DNA of 64,000 bases from a virus (Duplodnaviria; Caudoviricetes), in the IMG/VR virus record IMGVR_UViG_3300044518_000037, positions 11,808 to 75,807 of that record; one strand, written 5' to 3'. The position numbers were made by a program, and so were the translations under genes. The notes below the pieces were generated by a model. That model saw nothing but the letters and a program-made list of their open reading frames with translations. It had not been told where the DNA came from and made no database searches. The stretch's first letter is position 1. Each line of letters starts with the position of its first letter. This document shows positions 42,636-51,387 of the stretch, in pieces.

Positions 42636-44404
42636 GGTCGAATCCTCTCCAGGAAGCCCATTCCATTGGCGGAGTTGTTCGTCGTGTTGCCGCTGATTGT
42701 GGCGAGCTGTACCCACCCCGGGATGAGGGGCGTCAGGGTTTCCACGGTGATCTGGGAGGAGTTGACTCTGACGCGCATTCGGGTGCCGTCAGTGATTGGT
42801 TGCCACGTTGCGAGCACAATGAGGTTGGCCCCGCTCAGCGCTCCGGTCGGTTGGCCGTTGGCGTCGTAGGTGAGTTGGGCGTAGGTGAGGCGGTCTCGGG
42901 ATGCGAGGAAGTACTGCCCGTTGCCGTATCGGAACGCTATTCCGTGTTCCATGGTGAATGGGCCGCCGGATACGCCGCTGGTATCGACAGGTCGGCTCCT
43001 GAAAGTGGTGTAGATGATGTCGGCATTCACGCCGGAGTACACCCAGTCTCGCTTGAAGAAAAGCGCTCGGCCGGCTTGCATAATTGACTGGTTGGTAGCG
43101 GTGGAGGTGCCGGATGCCTTTGTCCACGACAGCGGGGCGCCCATGCCGTTGTTCGAGTTCCACAGCCCCCAGTCGCATTCCCATGGAATGCCGGTGCCCT
43201 GCTGCCAGGGCTGCGGTGTGGTCCAGCCGGTTGGTGCGGCGCCGGAGCTCGCGGGGTAGGCGAGATTATCGACCTCGAACCGGTCAAGCAGCAGCTGGCG
43301 GCTGTCGCGCACCACGGCGTTGCTGATGTAGGCGCCGTTCTGGTCGAACCAGTCGATCTCGGCTCGCACGTTCTGCCCGGCGCCGGTGGCGGTGCGGTAG
43401 TGGTAGACGGAGAAGGTGTAGAGCTCGATGTCCGGGCCGAGCCACCTCCACCATGGATTGTCGGTGTCGTAGCCGGTGGGGGCGTTGACTCGTGTCGCCT
43501 GGGCCGCCTGGTAGAGATGTCCGTTCCAGGACACGACGTCGCGGAAGTTGTAGCTCGTGTACGGGTACCAGACCGGGATTGTGCCGAGTGGAATGGTCTG
43601 GTTCTGGACGACCGACGGCTCGTACGTCAAGTTGTTGGCTAGGGACGTGATCTTCCACTTGGTCGGTGACGTCGCCGGGTAGTCGCCCTGGGTGTAGTTC
43701 AGGGCGGTGTAGATCGCCTTCTGCTCGCCGGTGTAGTAGCCGAGAGCGGCCGGTTGGCCTGCCCGGTACGTCTGGGCGATCGCGGCGCCGGGGCCCTGGT
43801 TCCAGTAGCCCGCCTGGACGCCGCCGCCGGTGTACAGCGCGACGGAGTTGGATCCGGTTGCGCTGGAGGGGAGGGCGTAGGTGGAGGAGTTCCCGGCGCC
43901 GGGGCTGGACGAGCCGCCGACGGTGGCGCCGAAGGGGATGGTGCCCCACTGCATTGCGGTTGCCGAGGCTCGGCTGTTGTCGGGTCGGGCGTTGATGACG
44001 CCAGCGGGGTCCTTCAGGTTCCAGTACGCCTGGCCGTCGGTCAGCCAGTTTCGGATCGTGTCCACGTCGCTGATCGTGCCGGGGGAGAGCGCCGTCCAGA
44101 ATTTCGTGGACGTGCCCGGGGTGACGCCGAGGTTGAGGCCGTCGTTCGGAACTACCGAGACGTGCGCCCACTTGACGTCGTATCCGGTCGATACGGCGTT
44201 CTTGCCGACTACGGTCAGGGTGAGCTGGTTGCTGCCGGCGACCACCCCGGGCGGCAACGCGATGACCGGACTGAGTTGCTGGATGGGTGAGTAGAGGTCG
44301 ATCGTGAAGTTCGGTACGGCCGAGCCATTGAGGCCCATCGACACGATGCCGCAGTTCGGGCCGGTGTAGAACTGGCAATACAGCTGTGCGGACCATGCAC
44401 TCAT
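42632..44404 (-). CDS. Minor tail protein with CBM5/12-like and concanavalin-like modules
   Basis: ATG at 44404 after GGAG; WYPYTSYNFRDVVSWNGHLYQA. Confidence 0.75.
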   Translation of the reverse strand: MSAWSAQLYCQFYTGPNCGIVSMGLNGSAVPNFTIDLYSPIQQLSPVIALPPGVVAGSNQLTLTVVGKNAVSTGYDVKWAHVSVVPNDGLNLGVTPGTSTKFWTALSPGTISDVDTIRNWLTDGQAYWNLKDPAGVINARPDNSRASATAMQWGTIPFGATVGGSSSPGAGNSSTYALPSSATGSNSVALYTGGGVQAGYWNQGPGAAIAQTYRAGQPAALGYYTGEQKAIYTALNYTQGDYPATSPTKWKITSLANNLTYEPSVVQNQTIPLGTIPVWYPYTSYNFRDVVSWNGHLYQAAQATRVNAPTGYDTDNPWWRWLGPDIELYTFSVYHYRTATGAGQNVRAEIDWFDQNGAYISNAVVRDSRQLLLDRFEVDNLAYPASSGAAPTGWTTPQPWQQGTGIPWECDWGLWNSNNGMGAPLSWTKASGTSTATNQSIMQAGRALFFKRDWVYSGVNADIIYTTFRSRPVDTSGVSGGPFTMEHGIAFRYGNGQYFLASRDRLTYAQLTYDANGQPTGALSGANLIVLATWQPITDGTRMRVRVNSSQITVETLTPLIPGWVQLATISGNTTNNSANGMGFLERIRP

Positions 44405-44418
44405 CTGATGTCTCCGCG

Positions 44419-45678
44419 TCAGCTCGTGGGCGGCTGAGTGATACTGAACGTGACGGTCATCGCGTCTCCGGGTGTCGGGTTTGACCACCAGGCGTACCCG
44501 GTGTCCATACGTCCGACGGCGGGGTCCACAACGAAGTACATGGCGCCGCTTCCGGTGTTCGAGACAGCTCCCTGCATGTTGTAGAGGGAGTACTGGACCG
44601 TGCCGTTGGTTGCCTGGTAGAGGGCCCCGTTGTAGGTGACGAGGTCGGAGTTCGACGGCGGGTTGGCCGCCGATACGTACATCGTGTTGGGATCCCAGGG
44701 CAGGGCGCGCGTGCTTGAAAAAGCCGCCGTGTCCATGTTCTGGAACTCGTTGTACCCGATACTCACGGTCGCCTCCCAGCCCGTGATGTCGGTGACGAGC
44801 TGCGCGAGAGTGGCCGCGCTGCCGGCTCCGCGCTGGATCGACATCGCATCCCGCACGAACGCACGCCTGAGCTCGGGCAGCGCTGGAAGTCTCTCGACGA
44901 TGCCGAGCTGCTGTGCGATCAGCGACAGTTGGCGGTCCGTGCAGTCGGCGATGTTGTTCAGGTTGAGCAGGGCGTCGTTCTCCGTCTTCATCGCATCGAA
45001 GTGGAAACCGAAGATAGAGAGGAAGGCGAACAGGTCGCTGTTGAGCGGGACTTCGGTCGCCGTCGTCTCCACGGTGGCGACCTTGTAGGGCCTTGGGATG
45101 AGGTCGTACAGGAGGTGCGTGTGGCCGGCGTCGCGCACGACCAGGCCGACGCAGCCGCTACCGCAGCGGTACCACGGGGTGGTGACCGTCGTCGCGGACC
45201 ACTGCGGAGTGGTCGTGCTGGGCGGCACGTTGTACGTGTTGGCCGCCACGCACTGCCAGTTCTGGCCGTTGAACGAGCAAAGGTCCCCGGGCTGGTATGT
45301 CGTGGTCCCGACGTACTGGGGCACGGTAGCCGCGACGAAGATCGCGTAGTAGTAGTGTCTGCCTTCGACAACCGTGCTGTCCACGAATGAATTGACCAGC
45401 TGGGAGGGGTTGCCGGCGGTTCCGTCGCCAGCCGAGAGGTCCAGGCAGACCCACCCGTCATCCTCCGTGTCCGGCACCCCGTAAGAGTTCCGCACCAGGC
45501 GCAGCCGCGACCAGGTGTACGGCGTAGAGAACAGAAACACCTGCTGCGGGGTCGCCCAGGTGACCTGGAGGACACCGTGGTCGCTCTGCGCGGCGACCAT
45601 GGGGTCCGCGCTGAAGAGGAAGTCGACGACCGTGCCGTAGGTCGCCTTGCCGTAGAGATCGAGTCCGTAGATGGCCAT
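44419..45678 (-). CDS. Baseplate wedge/tail protein (P2 gpI-like)
   Basis: LY..IPRPY...L..FL..FG..FD...L..IAQQLG...G; follows baseplate J. Confidence 0.8.
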   Translation of the reverse strand: MAIYGLDLYGKATYGTVVDFLFSADPMVAAQSDHGVLQVTWATPQQVFLFSTPYTWSRLRLVRNSYGVPDTEDDGWVCLDLSAGDGTAGNPSQLVNSFVDSTVVEGRHYYYAIFVAATVPQYVGTTTYQPGDLCSFNGQNWQCVAANTYNVPPSTTTPQWSATTVTTPWYRCGSGCVGLVVRDAGHTHLLYDLIPRPYKVATVETTATEVPLNSDLFAFLSIFGFHFDAMKTENDALLNLNNIADCTDRQLSLIAQQLGIVERLPALPELRRAFVRDAMSIQRGAGSAATLAQLVTDITGWEATVSIGYNEFQNMDTAAFSSTRALPWDPNTMYVSAANPPSNSDLVTYNGALYQATNGTVQYSLYNMQGAVSNTGSGAMYFVVDPAVGRMDTGYAWWSNPTPGDAMTVTFSITQPPTS

Positions 45679-45688
45679 GGGCGTCGCC

Positions 45689-46444
45689 TCAGTTCGCTGG
45701 CCGCTGGTAGGTCAGCGAGATCGCGGCCGTGACAAGGATCTGGGAGTTGTTCGCATCACCGGGGGAGTGGGAGAACTGAATCTGGATGTTCTGCCCTGCC
45801 GACCAGGGCCCAGCCCAGGCGCAGTTCAGCCTGTGGGCATCCACAACGCCCGGCTGGGCGTGGGACGCGCCGGTGGCCGCCTCGATGCCGTTGACCAGGA
45901 CCCGGACGTTCGCGTGGTGAACGCTACCGGGGGCGACCTGGGCGACGGGAGCCCACACCGACAGTGCCATCTGGTACCAACCCGACTGCGGGCACAGCAG
46001 GTTGCTGCCACCCTGGTACATCCCGGACGGGTCGTAGGCGGCACCGCCCCACAGGACGGCCTGCCACGCCCCGAAGCCGGGCGACATCATCTGCCCTGGG
46101 CACTGGATTGAGGAGACGGGCTGCTGCGGGCCGAGGGAGGGGAAGGCCAACTGGTTGGCCATCTGGGTCAGGTTGGCGACCTGGGTCTGGATGGCGTTGA
46201 GCCGGTCGGCGACCGAGGCGTAGGTCGCAGCCAGCATCGGCGTGGTGGTGGCGTACACGGACAGCGGGCGCGCGCCGACCGGCGGCGCCGACACGCCGGC
46301 CCACACGTGGGGGTTGACCCCGAGGGTCTGCTCGACGGCGGTGACTTCTAGCTGGATGTCGTTGACGTTGGCCGCGAAGATCGTGTCGACGGTGTCCGTT
46401 CTGATGGGGAACGGCTTCACCGCTATGGGGTAGACGGCTGGCAT
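45689..46444 (-). CDS. Minor tail protein with a C1q/TNF-like C-terminal domain
   Basis: VN.IQ.EV.AVE.TLG coil; YDPSGMY...CPQSGWYQ. Confidence 0.7.
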   Translation of the reverse strand: MPAVYPIAVKPFPIRTDTVDTIFAANVNDIQLEVTAVEQTLGVNPHVWAGVSAPPVGARPLSVYATTTPMLAATYASVADRLNAIQTQVANLTQMANQLAFPSLGPQQPVSSIQCPGQMMSPGFGAWQAVLWGGAAYDPSGMYQGGSNLLCPQSGWYQMALSVWAPVAQVAPGSVHHANVRVLVNGIEAATGASHAQPGVVDAHRLNCAWAGPWSAGQNIQIQFSHSPGDANNSQILVTAAISLTYQRPAN

Positions 46445-46455
46445 CGCATGTACTC

Positions 46456-47994
46456 CTAGACTCCGCCGATGGCGGAGAGGTTGATGCTGCCGCACACGGG
46501 AATCTCCCAGTCCCGGCAGAGGACATCAGTGGTGCCCGCCTGAGGCAGGTCGTTGCGCGCCATCAAGGTCACGTTCGCCCAGTCAACGCCCGGAGTCGAC
46601 TGGATGGTCTCGTACACGTGCGATAGCGAGACACGCGAGCCGAACCCGACGATCCCGGGCGCGAAGAGCCCCTGAAGCGCCTGGGTCACTGCCAACACGA
46701 CGTTCTGCCGCCGGTAGCGCGGCAGCACACCGATCTGGACCGGCAACGTGCTCCCGCCGAGATTGATCGGGACGAGCGTTCCGTTGAACACCGTCACCGT
46801 GACACCAGCCAGCGAAAGCGGCTGGACGTACGCGGCGATGGAATCCCGCTGATACTGCGACAGCGCCGTATTGTTGGGGCCGATCACGTAAATCGTGACC
46901 GCAGTATTCGAGGTCCCGACCGCCTTGGCGCCCGCGACGCCCTGAACATTCAAAGCGAGATCAGCGTAGTCGGACAAGGCCACCGCCCGGCCCTGCACCC
47001 GAAAAGCCTTCGGGGCGTTTACGCGGATCTGATCGAGACTCTCCGGATCGGCCCCGCCGGTCATCGCAGAGGACCCGCCGTTGGCAGCGATCTGCACACC
47101 CGGAATGGAAACCGCCAGGTCCACGACGGAATTCGCCGGAAGGTTCCCGTAAGTCCCCCCGCCCACCCGGTAGTTGGCCGTCACCTTCATGCCGTTCGGC
47201 GGGATGGCCCCGTTAGTGCCGTCCCCGAAGCTGACCCAGGTGACCCCGGAGTCGTCGGTGGAGACGGTGAAAATCCGGTCCCCCGGGAGCGCCAGCAGGA
47301 AGTCCGTGACCACCGTCCACTCTGTCCCGCCCGTACCATCGTCCAAGATCACCCGAACCGTCGACAACAGCGCCGACGCCTTCGCCAACGGGAACCGCTG
47401 CGCAGGCATCCCGTTCGACGTACCCAGATCCTCCACCTTCACCGTGACAGCCGGTGCCAGCTGAGACGACGGATAGAGGGTCACAGGCCGCGAGCCCTGA
47501 GTGCGCCCCTCGACCACCGAGACGGCCACGGCGGGCACCGGCGTGGTGTACGACGGAACCGTCACATCCGCCTGCGTCTCAAAAAACACGGGGGCGTCCA
47601 ACGCTGGCTGGAAACCACTGATCACCTGCGTACCCGCCGGCACGACCACCGGACTGGTCAGAGCAGGCGTCGGGCTGAGCGCGACCGCCCCGCTGGCCGG
47701 CTGCGCGGTGTACGGCACATAGCCGAGCTGCTGCGCGATCGCCATCACGCTGGAGCGCAGCGTGGCCGTCGCCAGATACGCCTCGTCCTGAATCCGGTCC
47801 TGATAGAAACTGACGATGTCGCCCACGTACGAGAACAGCTCGACCATCACGACACCGAAGTCCGCCGGAGACCGGGACGTCCACGTCGGCATCACCTGGG
47901 TCGCGTAATTGAGCAGCGACGTGCGATACCCGACATAGTCGCGGCTCGTGTAGTCGATCTGCGCGACAATTCCCTGGTCAGCCAACGGGCGCAC
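46456..47994 (-). CDS. Baseplate J/gp6-like wedge protein
   Basis: IDYTSRDY, DFGVVMVE, FGDG.NG.IP, GGADPESLDQIR, RAV...DY. Confidence 0.93.
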   Translation of the reverse strand: MRPLADQGIVAQIDYTSRDYVGYRTSLLNYATQVMPTWTSRSPADFGVVMVELFSYVGDIVSFYQDRIQDEAYLATATLRSSVMAIAQQLGYVPYTAQPASGAVALSPTPALTSPVVVPAGTQVISGFQPALDAPVFFETQADVTVPSYTTPVPAVAVSVVEGRTQGSRPVTLYPSSQLAPAVTVKVEDLGTSNGMPAQRFPLAKASALLSTVRVILDDGTGGTEWTVVTDFLLALPGDRIFTVSTDDSGVTWVSFGDGTNGAIPPNGMKVTANYRVGGGTYGNLPANSVVDLAVSIPGVQIAANGGSSAMTGGADPESLDQIRVNAPKAFRVQGRAVALSDYADLALNVQGVAGAKAVGTSNTAVTIYVIGPNNTALSQYQRDSIAAYVQPLSLAGVTVTVFNGTLVPINLGGSTLPVQIGVLPRYRRQNVVLAVTQALQGLFAPGIVGFGSRVSLSHVYETIQSTPGVDWANVTLMARNDLPQAGTTDVLCRDWEIPVCGSINLSAIGGV

Positions 47995-48084
47995 TCCTCC
48001 GATACCGCCAGCGATACCGGATAAGAAATGAGTGCTGACTAACTGCGGAATATCCTACGGTCGGCGCTCGCGCCCCGGTAATCG

Positions 48085-48486
48085 TCAGACGCCGAGCGAG
48101 CTGACCGTCCCGCCCACGTCGATACTCACTATGCGGCTGTTGGCGCTCTCCGCCCCAGGCGCGTCGACCCGCGCGACCTCGACCCTGAGATTGACCAGGC
48201 CCAGCTCATCGTTCACGCTTGCGGAGATCGAGGTGACGCGGGCGCTCGGCTCCCACTGCGCCACAGCGTCGCGAACCGCGAGCTGTACCTGGGCGCTGGC
48301 GAGCTGGTCCGAAGCGAACAGCAGGCGGGCCGAGTCGACCCCATACGTCGCGCGGTTCACCCGCTCCCCGGGCTGCGTGCCGATCAGACCCTGAATGCGG
48401 TCCAGCAGCTGACGCTGAAGATCGTCGGTCTGCGCCACCGCCCCAGTTGGGTCGATGCTGAACGGGATGGTCATCGTGACACTCAT
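48085..48486 (-). CDS. gp25/GPW-like baseplate wedge protein
   Basis: IPFSID..G, LIGTQPGERV.R..YG, WEP. Confidence 0.9.
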   Translation of the reverse strand: MSVTMTIPFSIDPTGAVAQTDDLQRQLLDRIQGLIGTQPGERVNRATYGVDSARLLFASDQLASAQVQLAVRDAVAQWEPSARVTSISASVNDELGLVNLRVEVARVDAPGAESANSRIVSIDVGGTVSSLGV

Positions 48487-48491
48487 GTCGC

Positions 48492-49076
48492 CTACCCGGG
48501 GAAGAAGCTGATCGAGGCCAACGCGATCCAGTTCGGTGCGGTGGTGGTCATGCGGGACAGGTTGAACCCGACCGGGTTGCCCGGTGTCATGTAGACCGCG
48601 CAGTCGCCGTTGTCGTACGCCATGTGCGGCCACACGTCCCCGAGCGTCACGTTGAACGGCAATGTGAAGAGCAACTGATTGACGACGAACGAGGTCGACG
48701 AACCGATCAGTCCGCGAAGGTGGACAACGCCCTCGACATCGACGTGATACCCGGGGACCTGCCAGCCTGCCAGCGGGGCCACGTTCGGCCCGAAGGCGGT
48801 GATCGGCGTCCAGGTCGCCCGCTGGATCGGCGGCTGGAAAGACGGCAGCGGAATCGGAGTCACCGGCCAGAAAACCGGATAGTTGATATCCCCACCATCG
48901 AAGCTGACGTAGACGTGGTCCCCAACCGTGACCGTGCCAACCGAGGCCGGCTGCGCCCACCCGGTTACGGCGGTCCCATGTACCTGTGGCACAACCAACC
49001 GCACCCAGCCCCGCCCGGTCGGATCGTGCACCTCGACCACCATCCCGGCGTATGTGCCGTTCACCTGGCGCGCCAT
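48492..49076 (-). CDS. Baseplate spike (gpV/Gp5 OB-fold) protein
   Basis: Y.G.V....DP..RG.VR..VPQV...WA.P...GD.V.V.F.GGD..YP. Confidence 0.88.
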   Translation of the reverse strand: MARQVNGTYAGMVVEVHDPTGRGWVRLVVPQVHGTAVTGWAQPASVGTVTVGDHVYVSFDGGDINYPVFWPVTPIPLPSFQPPIQRATWTPITAFGPNVAPLAGWQVPGYHVDVEGVVHLRGLIGSSTSFVVNQLLFTLPFNVTLGDVWPHMAYDNGDCAVYMTPGNPVGFNLSRMTTTAPNWIALASISFFPG

Positions 49077-50272
49077 CACAGTCGCCCCGTGGTCAGGGCC
49101 CGCCACCGCCCGCCGACGAGCACGGTCGCCGCCGGTTTCCCGAACGTGCCCTGGACCGGGAGCTCCAGGGCCTGGGCGTTGTTGCGGCCCACGACCAGCG
49201 TGGTGGTGTAGTCGGTGCGCGTCGGGTCCGCGTGACTGACCACTATCTGGTGCACCGCTGAACGCACCATCCACAGGCCGGTGTTCTGCGCGCCGAGCCC
49301 GTCACCACGCAGATCCACCAGACACCCGGGCCTGAGCCTCGGGTCGCCGTTGACCACCAGCCGGGCCTCCACCCACAGGTACACCGTGTCTGCCGAGAGC
49401 AGCGTTGACGCCTCCGCGTAGGAATGGGTCGGGCGTGCGTCGTACTGCCGGCGTACCAGGGGTTCCACCGGCTCGCCGCGTACGTCGGTTCTCGGCATCG
49501 TGAAGTCGGCGAGCGTGGTGACGGACGTCGACCTATTGAACCCAACGGTCTGGTAGGACGAGCGCACGCCGCCGGCGGGGTCGGTATCACCGACCACAGC
49601 GGTGAAGCTGCGGATCGAGTTGATGACGCCCGGCGTCTTGTACTGGTAGAGCGTCGGGATCGAGCCGTCTGCGGTCGGCATTGCGGTCGACCTGCTCACG
49701 TACCAGAGCGTGGTGCCGTCCAGGAAGAGCCGGTACCCGATGCGTTTGGTGAGCTCCGTCAGGAAAGCCCAGTCGGAGGACTGCTGCATGAGGCTCGGGA
49801 AGCGGATGCTGCTGGTCTCGACGGCTGTCTGGACGTTGTGTTCCTGCCCGATCTCCCGGGCGATCCAGGACGCCGTCACGTCGGACCACAGCCGGTTGGA
49901 GTGCGACTGCATCGGCATGCTCGGACCGACGATGGTGTAGACCACGGGTAGGACGACGGCGTGGCCATAGGCCGGGTCCGTCTCGGAGGCCAGGACGCGG
50001 CTCGACGCGACGTATCCGTACACGTCCCCGTCGTCATCAGCCCACCAGCCGTACCGAAGATGCACGGGAGTGCTCTCCGGCCAGACCACCCCTGCCGGAC
50101 TGAGCAGCGCCTGCGAGGGCAGGTTCGAGCTGAGGACGTGGTGGACGGTGATCTCGGCGACCTGGTGCGCGCCCTCGGCCATCCAGGTCTTCATGTCCGC
50201 GATCCACGCCGAGCTCTCCAGCACCGGCAGGACCACCTGGACGTGCGGGCGGTAGACGTTACGCCAGGCCAC
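49076..50272 (-). CDS. Baseplate hub (gpD/late control D-like)
   Basis: QQSSDWAFL..L..RIGY; GDPRLRPG..V.L.G; position. Confidence 0.85.
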   Translation of the reverse strand: MAWRNVYRPHVQVVLPVLESSAWIADMKTWMAEGAHQVAEITVHHVLSSNLPSQALLSPAGVVWPESTPVHLRYGWWADDDGDVYGYVASSRVLASETDPAYGHAVVLPVVYTIVGPSMPMQSHSNRLWSDVTASWIAREIGQEHNVQTAVETSSIRFPSLMQQSSDWAFLTELTKRIGYRLFLDGTTLWYVSRSTAMPTADGSIPTLYQYKTPGVINSIRSFTAVVGDTDPAGGVRSSYQTVGFNRSTSVTTLADFTMPRTDVRGEPVEPLVRRQYDARPTHSYAEASTLLSADTVYLWVEARLVVNGDPRLRPGCLVDLRGDGLGAQNTGLWMVRSAVHQIVVSHADPTRTDYTTTLVVGRNNAQALELPVQGTFGKPAATVLVGGRWRALTTGRL

Positions 50273-50540
50273 TGGGGATCATCACGGCCGCGCCGGCCAC
50301 CACCCGCGTCCAGTCCAACGTCCCAGGGTTGGCGCGTGCGTAGACCCACCACGCGTCCTCGACCTGGTAGTAGCGCGCGGCGACCAGGTCGACGCGATCG
50401 CTGTCCCTCCACAGATAGTCGCGCACCGTCAGCCGCTGCGCCTGCGGAGCCTGGTGCACGATGGCGATCTGCGGCCGGCCCTGGCGGTCGGTGAAGGTCG
50501 CCAGAGCGTTGGTCTGGTAGCGCGACGTGCGGGAAATCAC
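50259..50540 (-). CDS. LysM/tail-X-like baseplate protein
   Basis: DRVDLVAARYY....WW..ARANP. Confidence 0.82.
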   Translation of the reverse strand: MISRTSRYQTNALATFTDRQGRPQIAIVHQAPQAQRLTVRDYLWRDSDRVDLVAARYYQVEDAWWVYARANPGTLDWTRVVAGAAVMIPSGLA

Positions 50541-50547
50541 GGCGACC

Positions 50548-51387
50548 TCACTGGTACCCGGCCGAGGCCATGAGCTGAATGGACAGTCCGACAGCGCAGC
50601 GGAAGGGGATGAGGCGCTGGCTGAAGTGCGTGAACTCGATGTTGATGCTGCTGATGTAGCCGAAGTAGCGCATCAGGGACACGTCGGGGAGCTGCTGCCA
50701 GCTCGCACCGCCGCCTTGGTACGCGCTTGAGGTGTTCGCGAGCACAGCCCGGACCGGGTAGAGCTGCATGGTCCCGGTGACCGCGTTAGGGGTGACGCTC
50801 AGCGCGCTGCCCAGGTCCGTGCTGTCCGAGCCGCCTGCGGTTGCGCCGGTGCCGTAGGGCGAGCCGGGCACGCCCGACGGCGGGCCGGGCAGCGGAGCCA
50901 GTTGGGTGGCCTGGTTGGTGGACAGCGGCGTCGTGATACCTGTCAGCCCGTAGAGGACGTGAACGTCCAGGAGGACGCCGAGGTCGTGCGCCAGGTCCCC
51001 GACCCGACCGTCCCAGACTTCGTATGTCCTGTCGAATAGGAGGCTGAAGTTTACGGTGCCGCCGGAGGTACGCAGCGGGATCCCGGTGTCGGCCGCCTGC
51101 CGAAGGTAGGGGGGGATCATCTGGTCGCTGGCGTTCAGCGAGTGCGACACCGAGACCGTGGACGGGTTGTAGAGAAAGTTGAGCGAGTACGAGCCCTGCG
51201 GGTTGGTCGGGGACTTCTGCCCCCCGGAAACAAGGGATGCTGACTCGATATATCCGCGAAACAGGCCCGAATACGTCGGGTCGCTCATGACAGCGGTCGG
51301 TGCGTAGCGCCAGATCCGTGGGTCAAAGTTGTTGTTGCTGTGTGCGACAGAATTCGGGGTGGCGGTTGTGATCGTTACGTCAGTCAT
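50548..51387 (-). CDS. Tail tube initiator (CIS-tube-like) protein
   Basis: FLYNP....V, LLFDRTYE, G.I.S....FTHF. Confidence 0.78.
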   Translation of the reverse strand: MTDVTITTATPNSVAHSNNNFDPRIWRYAPTAVMSDPTYSGLFRGYIESASLVSGGQKSPTNPQGSYSLNFLYNPSTVSVSHSLNASDQMIPPYLRQAADTGIPLRTSGGTVNFSLLFDRTYEVWDGRVGDLAHDLGVLLDVHVLYGLTGITTPLSTNQATQLAPLPGPPSGVPGSPYGTGATAGGSDSTDLGSALSVTPNAVTGTMQLYPVRAVLANTSSAYQGGGASWQQLPDVSLMRYFGYISSINIEFTHFSQRLIPFRCAVGLSIQLMASAGYQ

